From NCBI GenBank assembly GCA_001662655.1, contig KV460211.1: 64,000 nucleotides of DNA; one strand, 5' to 3'. Numbering within the stretch: position 1 is the stretch's first letter; each line of letters opens with the position of its first letter. Under the pieces are notes generated by a model that saw nothing but the letters and a program-made list of their open reading frames with translations, was not told the origin of the DNA and made no database searches. This document shows, in pieces, positions 36,419 through 50,025 of the stretch. The stretch comes from Pseudogymnoascus verrucosus. Its lineage: Eukaryota. Both the position numbers and the translations under genes were made by a program.

Positions 36419-37273
36419 CTAATACACAGTCTTAGGAACACCCGGGGTGGTCCAGCAGACTCTATCCATGATACCCGCCTCCTCAAAGACCTTAACCAGA
36501 TCCTCGCCATGCTCAGTAAAATGTCCCCATTCCTCAAAATGCATAGGGACCATGACATCCGCGCCAATGTCCCGAACCAACTGCACTGCCTGCTTACCAT
36601 CCATGGTGATCTGAATCGGGCCAATGGGGAATTCAACCATAGCATTACCCAGGTTGAGAATGGCGGCCATAACGTGCACGCGATCCTTGATCTTCTTCAA
36701 TTCATCGATGTACACTGTATCTCCAGAGAAGTAGATGGCGTTCGGCTTGCCGCTTGCCTCGTGTATACCGAAAGAATCCGTCTCGAGTATGAATCCGGTG
36801 ACCTCTCCAAATGGGAAGTGTTTGCAAGGAGTGCCGGTGATGCGGAATTCTTTGCCACCAATGATAGAGGTCACCGTCTCCCAGGGCTTTAGGCCTACAA
36901 CAGCTGGTCGCGGCTGGAGGTTCTTTGCCCCGTCCATGGTCGTGAATACACGGCGTCCATCGAGGAGCCTTCGGCCTTCGGGATCGAGGTTGTCATAGTG
37001 GTCTTCGTGACTGAGAAGGACAGCGTCGATCGGAGGCAGATCATGGAGCTTCATGGCTGGGGCCTTGGAAATCGAGAGCTGGACGGGTGGAGGAGCCTCG
37101 TCTAGTCCAAAGTCTTCCTTCAGTCGTACTTTGGACCAATCAATCTCTTGTTCGAAAGTACCGGCATCTCCAAAGTAGGGATCGGTGAGGAAGTTGATGC
37201 CGTCGATTTTCAAGATAGCCGTGGCCGTTGTGACGTGGGTGAAGATGAGACTGGTTTTCGGTGACGAAGGCAT
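36419..37273 (-). CDS. Metallo-beta-lactamase-fold Zn-dependent hydrolase
   Basis: HVTTAT...FLTDP, SHEDHYDNLD (HxxHxD-type metal motif), PCKH, YFSGDT, PMHFEEWGHF. Confidence 0.9.
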   Translation of the reverse strand: MPSSPKTSLIFTHVTTATAILKIDGINFLTDPYFGDAGTFEQEIDWSKVRLKEDFGLDEAPPPVQLSISKAPAMKLHDLPPIDAVLLSHEDHYDNLDPEGRRLLDGRRVFTTMDGAKNLQPRPAVVGLKPWETVTSIIGGKEFRITGTPCKHFPFGEVTGFILETDSFGIHEASGKPNAIYFSGDTVYIDELKKIKDRVHVMAAILNLGNAMVEFPIGPIQITMDGKQAVQLVRDIGADVMVPMHFEEWGHFTEHGEDLVKVFEEAGIMDRVCWTTPGVPKTVY

Positions 37274-38030
37274 GATTGCAAACGAGGGAAGAAGAAGTGA
37301 AGACTAGATGGACTTATTTTGACGCACAAACACCACCGGGGCCGTTCTCATATTTAAGGACGGACAGAACCCTTCCCTCCCGTTTGGATCTGCTTACACA
37401 AGACCTAGAGAGTGCTTCGTTAGTCACTGTAGCTTAGTTAGTCAAGATTATCTAAGAGCCTGGGTTATGAAGAATCTCTAAGAATCCATAACTACAGCTA
37501 CTCGGATCTTTAAGATTCTGTGGTCGACAATACGTCGTACACTACTCGGGAAGCTCAAGTTCAACGTAGAATACAGAACCAAAGGCCGTCAGCAGACCCG
37601 CTGTAGTCTATCATTATAAAGCCAAAAAAGCCTATGATTAAAAACCATAGGAACAAGATACGCAGTACGTTCGACCCTGAAAAGCAACTGCTTCCTAACA
37701 TTCTCGAGGGTTTTGGCGGATTAAGATACCCGATTGAGTTAACGCCACCATAATCGAGAGATTTCGTCTTAGAATTAGCGGGGTAAGTTCATCGACAGTC
37801 TTGGCGGGTAATGCAACCACAAAAGGTTTAGTCTTAGAATTGGCGTTTCCCCACCAGTAACTACTTTGTAATTCATTCATACCTCCCACTTGGAGGCGAT
37901 TCCCTATATATACGTTCGACCATCTTCCTGTTGAGGGAGCATTCTTGATTTTACAACAAGCCTACCAACTGTTCTTCAATTTATACACCAGCTTCTCTTT
38001 TCCACACGTACTACAGAGACAACCACAACT

Positions 38031-38633
38031 ATGGCCGCCTCAGTAAAGTCGTTCCGCGAGCTTATCGGAGTCGCCCCTTCGACAGTATCAGTCAACGACT
38101 CCACACTTATCATTATCGACGCTCAAAATGAGTATGCCAACGGCCATCTAAAGACAGTCAACGTTGCCGAATCACGCAAAGCCATATCCACCGTTCTTGA
38201 GAAGTACCGCAAGTCCACACACGGCGGCAAGAACATCGTGCACGTTCTGCACGTCACACCACCCGGAGCACCCGTCTTCACAAGTGGCACCGAGCTATCC
38301 CAGGAGTTTGAGGAGCTCAGTCCCAAGGCGAACGAGAAGATCGTCGAGAAGAATTATCCAAGTTCTTTCGCAAAGACGGATCTTGCTGCTTACTTGGAAG
38401 GCTTGGGTGACGTTGGCAAGAAGATCGTCCTTGTGGGGTACATGGCCCATGTTTGTGTGAGCACGACAGCGCGGGCTGGTGCTGAGTTGGGATATGATGT
38501 CGTTGTTGTTAAAGACGCCATTGGTGATAGGGATATCCCTGGTGTTGCGGCTAGCCAGCTTGTTGATGTGGTTATTAAGGAGTTAGCTGATGCTTTTGCG
38601 ACATCCATTAGTAGCGATGAGATCCAGGCTTAA
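38031..38633 (+). CDS. Isochorismatase-family cysteine hydrolase
   Basis: [18 protein letters not shown], and [13 protein letters not shown] (D-K-C triad). Confidence 0.92.
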   Translation: MAASVKSFRELIGVAPSTVSVNDSTLIIIDAQNEYANGHLKTVNVAESRKAISTVLEKYRKSTHGGKNIVHVLHVTPPGAPVFTSGTELSQEFEELSPKANEKIVEKNYPSSFAKTDLAAYLEGLGDVGKKIVLVGYMAHVCVSTTARAGAELGYDVVVVKDAIGDRDIPGVAASQLVDVVIKELADAFATSISSDEIQA

Positions 38634-38966
38634 GCGTGGCGAGTTAATGCTATATTTATCGTCAATGAATATCAATGAATACATTTGTAGTCTTGTAAGA
38701 TGTTTACATGTCCAAGTATTCGCATGTTCCATTCCGAGGTACATTATCAACGCGCTAAATGAGACTAACGTCTAACAAAGCTAACTATTTTCGGTATCAT
38801 AAGCCGCCAAGCTTTTTGCTCGAAATTGCTGGCTGTGATTGGCTTTTAAGTCTCTTGGTCCCCACATCACGATAGAATCAAGTCCGATTAGTCAACATAC
38901 TCCGATTCAATCTTCTCAGGTGAGTTTGGGGGTTACATAGTTGCATTCAATGCCTGTAAACGCAGA

Positions 38967-40697
38967 ATGAAGGTCAAACAGAGATCTACCTGTCAGACAT
39001 GTAGAACACGCAAACTAGGGGTGAGATGGCTTCTTTTTTCTCGCTCGATGCGGTGATCAAGCAACTAATAGCGTAGTGCGATGGAAAGCGCCCAGGATGC
39101 AGCCAGTGCATTCTGACCGGACGGGAATGCGACGGTTATGCATCTGAGTGGACGTTTGTGCCACAGAACACTCGTTTCGAAAAGGCTTCCAGCCGGGAGT
39201 TGCAGAGAGTCGCGGCGACATCGACTCCAAATGATTATGAAAGGAGATTGCCTGCCACTCATCCTCCTGAAGCTCATCAATCTACTATTGATGCCGTCCA
39301 GCATGGAGATTTACTATCCCCGAGCCACGTCCCGCTTCCTGCGTTAGCTCTTGATCAGTCAAACTGGGACAATCTGATCGGATTGGTCATAACGAGCTAT
39401 ATTCCGGAGAATGAATTGCCTTTCATCTGTGACAATTCCGACAATAGTCGATATCGCATATGTGGCTCTTGGATGGAAGTCCTACCTGAGCTAACCGCCC
39501 AAACACATCAGGACTGTATCTTGCGGCCGGCCATGAAGGCTTTGGCTACTTCTATTCTAGCTTCGACTTCCCATGAGAATCCTTCCCACCTCGACCCAAC
39601 TCAACACTATTACGCGGCAATTCGCGCTCTACGGATTGGAATCGTTGCAAGGGACTCCGCTTCTCATGCCGAGTTCGCTGCCTCTATTATGTGTCTCAGT
39701 CTAACAGAGGTATTTCCGTTAATCACATACAGTAACTTATCTCCCGTACGCCTGCTCACAAACTATAGGTCATGTTTCGGGATTCTGCGGCTGGCCTGAG
39801 TACCCATATCAAAGGCGTATCACAACTACTCCAGACCCGAGGCCCGGAACAATATAAAACTGGCGTCCTCCACAAACTGTTCGTGGGATTTAGACCTTTG
39901 CTGGTGCGTCTTCATGGCCCCTTTTTTACGGGTTGTTGGGCTGAGCTGACTCTCTAAACTACTAGATAACTGAAGCTTTTCGAAGTCGCCAACCGACCAT
40001 TCTTGCTTCAGAGGAATGGATCCAATTACCATTTTCGATCTACAGCCCTTCCCTCATGCATACTCTCCTCAATAAAGTGGCCATCGTTCCGACTTATCTG
40101 CACCAGATCGATCAAATGTCGGAAAATCCAAGTCAAACTGATCCTTCTACGATAACTACTTTGTTTAGCTCTCTCGCCGACATACTCGTTGGCCTTGAAA
40201 ATTGGGAAATATCTCTACCGCGCCAAACTGGTGGACCTTGCTACTGGCCGCATGTCACGGCTTCACAACCGAAGGAGAGACCTCCACAACCCCAAGCCAC
40301 CGCTCTCTGGTTCCCCAACGTTACCATGGCGAATGTCTTCACCCACATGTGGACCTTTAGGATCATCTGTATGACCGAGCTCGAGAAATTGGCATTATTG
40401 TTTCCCTGGTTGATTCTCGGAGAAATGTCATTGACAAACCAGTGCCACCTCCACCATATCCAGGACCACACCTTAGCACTTTCGGACCAGATCTGTTCAA
40501 GCATGGAGTATCTATTGCAGGATGAGATGAAGCTTTTTGGGCCTGCATCTACGTTTGTCCCTCTGAAAACCGTGTATCACAAGTTTAAGATGGATGGGTC
40601 ACGGCAGATGAATATTGTCGCTCGCTGCGAGGCGATTGTAAAGCGGTTGGTTGATAAGGGGTTGTTGTCAGCTCCGATCATTGTGTTCGGAGGGTAG
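38967..40697 (+). CDS. Zn(II)2Cys6 transcription factor (multi-exon)
   Basis: MKVKQRSTCQTCRTRKLG|intron|CDGKRPGCSQCILTGRECDGY, followed by a fungal TF helical region (HIKGVSQLLQTRGPE; DQICSSMEYLL). Confidence 0.88.
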
Positions 40698-40809
40698 GGG
40701 TTATGCGGATGGCGTAGACAAACAATTTTTGAAAATTCGCCTATAAATATATACACCCAGCATCTCAGCACAACGTTGGAGTATGAGTAAGTCTCTCTCT
40801 CTATCCTGG

Positions 40810-42289
40810 TTATACTACACAGTTCCTTTGTTCAGCATCATCCACGCTTTTCTGCCAGTTGAGATTCATAAGTGCAACGCCCTCTATTCCCGTAACCAGG
40901 ATCAACGCCACCGTAACACCAGTCGAGAGGCCATCCAGATCCCAATGCAGATGAAACGCGGTCCATAGAGAGAGCGGTATCGCAACAGTATAGTAGCACC
41001 CTAGATTCACCCAGCCGCCAATGGCTTGTCTACCAACCCCCCGGAGAGCGCCATTACAGTACGCCGCTAGGCCATCGAAGAGCTGCATCACGGCGACGAG
41101 TGGCAGCGTATGGGCGACAAGCGCAATGACTTCTCGATCCTTCGTGAAGATGTGAGGCAGGTGATCACGCAGCGAGAAGAAAATAGTTGCGTTTATTGTT
41201 GCTACGACGAATGTGCCAATGAACGCTACCAATCCTGACATTTTCGCGGCCTGGACATGTCCACCACCGATACACTGTGCCACTCTGGTGGAGGCTGCAA
41301 TGCTGATGGAGAAGGGGATCTGCCACAGAGTACCGTTTAGTGTGGCAAGAATCGTCTGTGCTGCTAGATGGGCGGGAGACAAATACGCTGCGGCGAGGAC
41401 TAGGATCTCGAACGCGAGGTACTCCGCTTCAACCATGAGGAGCCCTGGTAGGGCGAGGCGTAACATAGAACCCCAGTTTTGTAGGACCGCGGATGTGGTG
41501 CCGCTCCAGCACTCGCGACCTCGGGAAAGCATGACATAGGCTGTGAGAGAGAGTGGAAGCAGGGTTTGGGTTGTAGCAACAGCAATTGGTGCTCCTATAA
41601 ATCCCCAGTCGAAGACCTTTTTATCATCGGATTAGCTGGCAGTTCCTCCCAGGCAGAAACGGTCGATTACTTACCCAGACGAATAGCCAACTTGCGAGTA
41701 CATTCACAGAAGCCCCAATGAAGAGGATGCATGTTATGGGAAAGAAGATTCCTTGAGCTGTTAAAAGCCTCTTCCCCGCCTCGAAGGCTCCAAATCCGGG
41801 GATACCACATATTAGAACTCGAAGATATAAGCCAGCAAGTGCAGCTGTCTGTGGGTCTGGCAGAAGTATGGTTAAGAGGCGAGGCGCGTTATACCAAAGC
41901 ACCGCGATAGGAATACCAATGCACCACAGAAGTAGGACCATCCTCTGGACATGTAATCCTACGAGCTTCGTGTTTCCGGACCCCCAAGCTTGGGCGCACA
42001 GTGTATCGAGACTTGTGGCGAGACCTTGGAAAACGACAAAGCCGGTAATATTTGCGGTCATACTCGCAACGCTCACGGCGCCCAGCTCGATCTTGCCACG
42101 ACCGCCAACGACGATAATACTGGTCAGATTGAGAGAGAACTGCAATAGGTTGGCGACGACGAGCGAGCCGGAGTACCTTGACAAAATTTTAAATTCATCT
42201 TTCCAGACCGATTTCTCGATGGCTTGGGGATTCACCAAAAGAGGCGTTGTTTCCGAGGTTCCTTCCGGGACTTCCTGGTAGTTTGTCAT
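40810..42289 (-). CDS. MATE family efflux transporter (multi-exon)
   Basis: GLATSLDTLCAQAWG, LRLALPGLLMVEAEYLAFE, IAASTRV, QLFDG...GALRGVGRQ. Confidence 0.92.
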
Positions 42290-42826
42290 GCTTCTTGAAA
42301 TGTGATTGTGAGCTTGAGCCAACCGCCGTGGCTGCTATCTGTTGTGCTTCTAAAACCATATCTTACCTTCTTCGACAAAATATTCGTTTGAGTCACAATT
42401 TTTTTCTCTGCTCGGTGAGGATTCCCCCGAGCACAGTCACCGAATAAACCGATAACAGAATATTAAGAGGTGGTAAACTGTAAATTCTCTAGAAGACGTT
42501 AGTTTGAAACAGGTTCACGATTCTGGTATGTCATTAGCGCTTATATCAAGACGTTAGTCTGGAATAGGTCAAGATTTCAGTCTGCTCGCTCCACTTACTT
42601 CCACCCCTTCCTGAAAGACGTTGACAGGGATTAAATGTTATCGATAACCCGCGACTTAGAATGCGTTCGAAGATAATCGCATCCCACCATCTTATCCGCA
42701 TTCGAACATGTGCCATTATAGAAGATAGACATAAAAACCAAGGCTGGTCCTAGAATATGAGGATACTACTCCCTCTGGATCAATTAATTCTATTAGAATC
42801 TCTCAAAGTAAAATAAATCTATTACT

Positions 42827-44542
42827 ATGGCGGAGAAGAGCATAGCTGCTACAGTGCCGGGGAGTGGGCGCCTCCAGGATGAGGAACAAGGCTCGGTTCA
42901 TGTATGCGAATACGTCAGCCCCGCACATGGTCTTGGTGAGCTGGAGGTTATGGCCATGCGTGAACGAATTCCAATCCTGCGGAAGCTCAGAGCTATCGAG
43001 GCATGGCTCGATAAAAAGTTCGGCATCGAGACAACAGGCGCGGACCGTATTCCCGAAAATGAACGTCAACCTCCGAGCATCTTTAATGTATGTTTATCAC
43101 TTGAGAGACCTGAAAATACACTAACGGCTAAGATGATGTTCTTCTGGTTCTCCATGCTGATATCGCCTGGTACTATAACAATGGGCTTGTTGGGTCCCAT
43201 TTATAGTCTCTCTGTGAATGAATCAATCATTATCACTATATTCGGATCGGCTATAGGCTCCATCATACCCGCTTTCACTGCATCATTATGCGCTCCGACT
43301 GGCCTTCGTCAAATCGCTACGTCTCGATACGCCTTTGGAATTTGGGGCTCTAAAATATGCGGTCTCCTCAATATTTTAGTCAACCTTGGCTTCGGTACAA
43401 TATCCTGCATTGTCGCAGGTGAACTCATCAGCGCCGTAAGCGGAGGCAAAGTCACAATCGTTGTTGGTATTGTAATTCTTAGCGTTACAGCTTATATCAT
43501 CTCATTTTTTGGTTTCCGCATCATTCACCGATACGAACAGGTGGCCTGGGTCGTAATACTGATCTTTATCTGCGTTGAGTATGGACAAGCAGCCAAATAC
43601 TACTCGCCCACACCAGGTCTCTCATACTCTTCTGGACAAGATAAGACCGGTGCTGCATTGAGCTACTTTGCTCTTATTTTTGGCACATCAGCTGGATGGT
43701 GTTCTATGTCGGGTGATTACTACGTTCACTATCCTGCGGATATTAGCAGATGGTTCGTTTTCTGGATGACTTGGATTGGTTTGACGGTTCCCTCGTGTTT
43801 CATGATCATTCTTGGTAACCTTTACGGAGGCATCTTGCTTACTAACAAGGCAATGGCGGACATCTATGACAATGGAGGTATAGGGGCGCTCATTCTGGCT
43901 ACTATGTCGCCTGATGGATGGAGCAAGTTTGTCTGCGTCATGTTTACAATGTCAATGGGTAAGTTATCAACCTTCAAGATGGCTATGCTAACTTTATTGC
44001 AGTGGCTAGTTTAACTGCCATTTACTACTCTTCATCCTTATCAATCCAACTATGGGGAAAGCACTTCATGGCAGTTCCACGTTTTATATGGAACAGTCTT
44101 CTCGCTGCCATCAGTCTGGCGTTAGCTTGGGGAGGGAGGGAAAATCTGATAGGTGTTATTAGCAATTTCCTGTCCTTACTTGGGTACTGGACAACCTGCT
44201 TTGGCGTTATTCTCGCCATCGAAACTTTTTGGTTTCGCCCTCGCAATGGTGGCTACGATCTCGAAGGTTGGCAGGACCAGGACCGGATGCCCTTGGGTAT
44301 CGCAGCATGCGTGAGTCTAGCTCTAGGTCTTGGTGTTAGTTTTCTGGGTATGAATCAGACTTGGGTAAGTGTTTAATCTCCTGGCCTTTCCTACGTTGAC
44401 CAGACAAAAACAGTTCGTCGGACCAGCAGCTAAGGCAATTGGACAATATGGGGGCGATCTTGGGAACTATTTCACATTAGTTGCTGTTTGTTTCTCCTAC
44501 CCTGTTCTCCGACACCATGAAATCAAGCTCACAGGACGATAA
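42827..44542 (+). CDS. NCS1 purine-cytosine permease (Fcy2/Tpn1-like), multi-exon
   Basis: GIETTGADRIPE, TGLRQ..SRYAFG, SGDYYVHYP, VPRFIW, NFLSLLGYW, LGMNQTW and multiple TM helices. Confidence 0.9.
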
Positions 44543-44889
44543 ATGCCTATGACTCGGGTTTTATTGTTCGAGTGTGCAAGTAGGGTGCAGCTAGCCATGA
44601 TCCCGAAATATGTACTTGTGCTACATGGAACTATATATCCCAGGGTCCCAGGGACGGTAGTCACAAAGTGTGCTGGACAGGCCAAACAATAAATGTCTCT
44701 TCGCCCTAGCTAAACTTGTCCAGAGCAACAGCATACTGAAGCTCAAGATAACAGCAAGGATAGAATTTAGTCGCCTTTTGGTGACAAAAGTATAGGCACA
44801 TTTCGGACAGTGTCGACACTAAACTACATTTCTAACTTTCATACCAGTCCCCTAGCGTCATGTATACAAACCTCCATCCCTATACCCCA

Positions 44890-46614
44890 CTATGGTCCAT
44901 AACCAGCCTGATGAAGTCAGCGTTATATCGTCAGAAACTTGTAAGTCAACATACCCAATCGTTTTCAAGTCCAACTTCGAGGAACGGTTGTTTGCATGAA
45001 GCGAGCCATACACAGCGAAGGGAGTCGATGAGGCGATTCCATCCCGACTATTCGTTTTAGGATGGTTTCATTTATCAATGTAGAGTACAACTTACACCTC
45101 GAGTCCCAACAAACACATCGCATTCAATCGCCATGACAAGCTGAAGAAGCCATTTGATTGTCAAGTCTGTTCTATTCCCAAATTCCCTCAGTTGAATTTC
45201 AGGGCTGGTGTTTAGTCCTGAGATTTCAGTCAGCTGTGTTTGCAATAAACGCACAATCAACATACTCGGAATTTCCGACCAGTACCACGTCCATCTTGCA
45301 TTGCTACCACTGTACGAGAATGGGGTCACCCGTGCCATGCTTTTCATCTGCTCGATGACGTTTGGGTCCTCTGTCGACAAGAATGCCCGCTTCCACGAGC
45401 CAAGAGGGTTTTCCGCTGTAAACTTTTCTGCTCGAACAACGTAATCATTGAATGGCACAAGGCGCATTTCGGATCTGTAGCGGGTTAATAAACGTCGGGC
45501 GACAGTAGTATCTGCTTACCCTTTGTCGCCGTGGCGCACGTGCATGCTTATGGTACCTTCTGGCATGGGAAATGGAAAGTCCACGTCTTGAGGTTGGCCA
45601 TTCACATCCCATTGTATCCCCAGCTGTTTAGTGTCTGTACCGAGCCGAAATCCCTTCATCCTAGCCGAAGCCTTTTTATTAAGCCTCATGATGTACGCTG
45701 CGGCTTGGGCCCTCCACCAGTACTTTAGCATTTCGCTAGTAATGTCAGGCTGTATCGACCTCAACGCGGCCTCGAAGACGGGCGGAATTTGGGTTCCGTG
45801 TTTTTGAAGGTACGCTTCTGCGTCAATAACTGTTGCGGTGTCATGACCTGGCATGTCAAAGACGCTCTGGACTTTGCTTTCCATTCCTTTTTGGGATTTG
45901 CTCTTGCATTTGCTCAGTTTTTGGAAGATGCAATCCAATGACCTCCCACAAGACTCGTCTCCCCCTTCTGCAGGTTCTTGGATAAAATGCTCCCCAGGAG
46001 ATGAGTCCTCGGAATACAGAAGAATGCTGTTGGTCTGAATGGCAACTGAGAGGTAGTCAGAGATGCGCTGCACTATTGCCCCAAGACCAAAAGCATCGTC
46101 CCCAGGGAACTTGTTTAAAATCAGAAATTTCTGTCCATCGCATCCAGATGGATTTTGCTTTTGGTAGATGTAACGCTGCGTGACTTTTGTCAAAGCCATC
46201 AAGCCCTATCAAGGTGTTAGTTACCATCAAACCCGGCGAACAAAGACATACATGGTCATCGTGACCCTCTACTAAATCTAGCCAGTCATTAGGGCTTTTA
46301 CTGTCATATATCAGCTTTATTGACTCGTCACGAGACCGTTTTGGAGGTTTCGGCGGCTCTCTAATTAGCTTCTGGAAGGATTCTTCAAGGGGCCCAAAAT
46401 TCTGCTCAATGTCGTCGTTTATAACGAATTCCTCTAAAATCTCAATAGGAATGTCGTCTTGTACGACAATGTCTGAAGTCGGGTCTGGAATCGTGTCTGG
46501 TGGAGCAGAAGCAGAGCGTATCTCGATAACTATTTTCCATGGCGAGAAAAGCCCGTAGATTGTGGCGAAGAGAAGCCCAAACACGCATAATTTCACCAAC
46601 CGTCTGATAAACAT
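44890..46614 (-). CDS. Type II membrane glycosyltransferase, GT23/alpha-1,6-fucosyltransferase-like (multi-exon)
   Basis: N-terminal TM anchor, YIYQKQNPSGC..., GLGA, MHVRHGDKG (compare the FUT8 HVRRTDK motif), FLSTEDP, ECDVFVGTRGSGWNRLIDSLR. Confidence 0.7.
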
Positions 46615-47061
46615 TATTTTACGTTATCCAGAGGCAGGACAAACTTACGATTGGCGTAGTCGGAACATTTTCAATGACTACATCGACATTTTTTCAAATC
46701 CAAACTGTCTTGCGATGGTCTATCGGCGGCAATGTAACACGTTGCGGATTAGGACACACGGTCCGCTTCCCGGATAAAGTCAAAATAAATGACTGAAGTG
46801 GTAGTACCATACTCTCAGCTTCTATACGCTAAGGCTGGTGTCTAACGCGCTTAGCAGTGTCTGCTATGCTAGATTTATTATAATAAAAGCTGTTAATAAC
46901 ATCTCTCTAGATAATCAAATGGCCAGCTTAGTAAGTAAGTCGGAATAGAATCTCCGCGCATTATTTCACAGAAAATCTCACAGCAAGTAATACTCATCAA
47001 CAACATGTGAAAGAACCGATAATGCTATTTTAACACCATTGATTTTCCACAATATGTTAAC

Positions 47062-48177
47062 TCACTCCTCTGTGTATACGCTACCGTATGTCGCGCGCAA
47101 TCTAGAACTCAAGTGTTGACCAGCCGTCAAAGATGACAGGGCCTCAGCATCCACCACGCCACCACCATGGCCCACGATCTTTCCCTTGAAATCTGCTGCT
47201 CTCTCCTCTATGAGTGGCGATGGTATTGGCATTAACACGGTATCATCCGACGGCTGTACGAAAATCGCTATTGAGAACCGATCCGAATCGCTCTTGCCAT
47301 CATTGTCCGAAGGTGGTGCGACGACAACGCGATGGACGGTCGATTTGAGCAGTCCATTGGTCCAATAACTCAAGAGGTCCCCAATATTCACAACTATCGG
47401 CGGGAAGGTCTTGGAATGGTAGTTTTCAGGGAATACAGGTACGCTCGCCCACGTTTTTCCATCTGGGGTTAGGATCTCGAGGCCTGGTTGATCGGGCCGA
47501 GTGAAAAGGAGAGTAATACTTCCATAATCCGAATGCGCCCCTGCTCGGATATCAGCCTCGGGGTCATAGTCAGAGTCCGATTGAAGCGATGGGTAGTAAA
47601 GGAAGCGTGCGGAGTGGGAAGCATTCTCGTGAGATCGAACCAGCCAGTCGACATCGTCGATTGAAAGGCCGAGTGCGATGAGCCGAAGGATACGGGTGGC
47701 TATTCTGCGACATCTGGCGTGGAAGTCGCGGAGTGCTGCATCGTTCTTTTTGAATGTCGTCGGAATTGGTTGACGCCATTGGCCAGTGGCGGGGTCCGGA
47801 TCAGCCAAGTTGAAGGCTTGCTTGAAGTCGCCTCGTTTATGTTTTGTCGGATCGAGATTCTCAACGTGCATTCCGACGAAGCCACGGTTGTTTTTGATTC
47901 TGCACTCTTCTTTCTCGGAAACAGGGGAATCTTTGAAAAAAGATCGCGATATATCAAATACATGATCAACAGTTTCTTCATTGAGGTCGTATAATCCACC
48001 ATCACCTCCACTTTCAGATGCTGGGGACCCGGTAATCCACAAGAAACCCCATTTGGCTGCTGATTTCACAATTGCTCTCCCCAACTCGGGTGTTTCTTGA
48101 GAGATGTTAAACAGAGGCAGATCAATCGACTCTTCGGAGGCAGCGTCCGCACCGTTGGATAACGTGACTGGAGGCAT
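47062..48177 (-). CDS. 2OG-Fe(II) oxygenase (DIOX_N + IPNS-like)
   Basis: WGFLW, RAGAHSDYGSITLLF (HxD), VNIGDLLSYWTNGLLKSTVHRV (distal His), RFS (2OG-binding RxS). Confidence 0.93.
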   Translation of the reverse strand: MPPVTLSNGADAASEESIDLPLFNISQETPELGRAIVKSAAKWGFLWITGSPASESGGDGGLYDLNEETVDHVFDISRSFFKDSPVSEKEECRIKNNRGFVGMHVENLDPTKHKRGDFKQAFNLADPDPATGQWRQPIPTTFKKNDAALRDFHARCRRIATRILRLIALGLSIDDVDWLVRSHENASHSARFLYYPSLQSDSDYDPEADIRAGAHSDYGSITLLFTRPDQPGLEILTPDGKTWASVPVFPENYHSKTFPPIVVNIGDLLSYWTNGLLKSTVHRVVVAPPSDNDGKSDSDRFSIAIFVQPSDDTVLMPIPSPLIEERAADFKGKIVGHGGGVVDAEALSSLTAGQHLSSRLRATYGSVYTEE

Positions 48178-48740
48178 TACTGAATAATTGGAAGATTGAA
48201 AACGGTTGCTGGCTCTTAATCGGAATCCTGATTTACGTTATATGGTGATTCTGGCACTGGTCCGTCAAGAACTAACCAGGGGAGACACCCGCGGTCGGAG
48301 GCGCCCGATTGGGGACAGCTTCCACAGTTGAGATATAAGCGGGGTTTGAGCCCTCGGTGTATTGGGTAGCGACCGTGAATTGAGAGAGAAGCCCCTCTAA
48401 CGGCGAGTACTATAGCTGTTAGATCCAACAAGAACGTGGAGTCAGTATTCGATCGGATTTTGGAATATGACTCTACTCTTATCTATCCCCACAAAGTCTG
48501 ATTGGCCCATTTACCCCGCTGTTGATCCCTCGGATTTTCCGGTAGCTCCATTCAGGGGACTGAAATTTTGACCTATTTAGGACTAGATTCGGCTTGCGTC
48601 TACCCCACCTCATGCAATCCGTGTCTATCATAACAGTAGAACTAAATTGCCAAAGATCGCAGGTGAAGTATATTTAAGGTAGGTTCTTTCCCCGTTAACT
48701 TCAGGAGTTTTTTAAATCTACACGCGCAGTCTTTCAAACC

Positions 48741-49948
48741 ATGGGTATCGAAGAAGCACTTTCATCTGACCTTCGAGAGAAGCTCAGAGACAATTTGTTG
48801 GCTGCCAACGACAAATATGTCCTCGAAATTCCCAAGGTGGAGCTTCACGTCCATCTCGAAGGGATTCTAACTGCGAAACTGAGATGGAAATTGACTCAGA
48901 GAAATGGAACCAAGCTGAGGATAGCCAAAAATGGGCGAGAGCTCAAAAGTCTGGAGGAACTTGAGGCCGCCATGGACTTACTTCGGCCAGATTCCAGTCG
49001 CGTCAACAATGACGAAGAAAGATTTCAATTTTTTGAGGCATATTATGAAGGATTCGAGTGTCTTAAGACGAAAGAAGACTTCTTTGATCTGGCCATGTAT
49101 TACCTTGAGCGCGCCGCTAAGATGAATGTTCGCTACTGCGAGCTTTTCTTTGATCCTCAAGGCCACACAAACTGTGGAACACCCTGGACTGTCATGATGG
49201 ATGGGTTCAGAGAAGCCCAGCAAAAGGCGGAAAAGGAACTAAATGTGTGTATTGTCGTCGACTAGTGGTCATGATCAGATAACTTACAATTCCGTAATAG
49301 GTGAAATCCGCATGGATCATGTGCTTTCTCCGTGATCTCTCTCCAGAGTCGGCTATGGAACATTACAAGGCTGCACTACCTTATCGCGATATGATTGTAG
49401 GAATTGGGCTTGACTCAAACGAGGAGGATCGACCACCGGCACTTTTCGACGAGGTCTTTTCCCTTGCACGACGTGATGGCTTTAAGCTCACGATGCATTG
49501 CGATGCTGACTCAAAGAATACACACGAACATATAAGACAGGCTGCATCTGTCGTTGCTGGCCATGGGCTTGACCGTATTGACCATGGAATCAACGCTGCA
49601 GAAAATCGGGACTTGATCAACTTGATTTTAAAGCGTGATTTGGGTATGACGATCTGCCCTTGGTCGTACTTACGGCATACAACGTATTCGGAGCTTGGGC
49701 CAAAGATCCGTGCTCTATACGATGCAGGTATCAAAATCAGCATTAATAGTGACGACCCTGCATACATGGAGGATTGCTGGATCTTAGAAAACTTATTACT
49801 GTCAAAACACTTGTGCGGCTTCGACAACAAAGACATTGCTGTTCTGGCAAGGAACGCTGCCAACATCTGTTGGGCAGATCCAGCAGTTAAGGAGAATATC
49901 CTACAGGAGATTGACTTAGTTTATGCCAAATTTCACCCAGCTTCATAG
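48741..49948 (+). CDS. Adenine/adenosine deaminase family protein (2 exons)
   Basis: PKVELHVHLEG, NVRYCELFFDPQ, GLDSNE, TMHCD, RIDHG, SINSDDPAYM. Intron ~49245-49300. Confidence 0.93.
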
Positions 49949-50025
49949 GCATCAAATAAAGTTTCGGTCATATCTTTCTTCTAGTAGTTTAAATAACGGC
50001 TTTTGGACGTGAATTACTAGTGACG

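Noticed and set aside
47062..48177. 2OG oxygenase as part of the RiPP cluster
   Set aside because: It is more than 30 kb away, separated by unrelated genes, and divergently paired with the deaminase.
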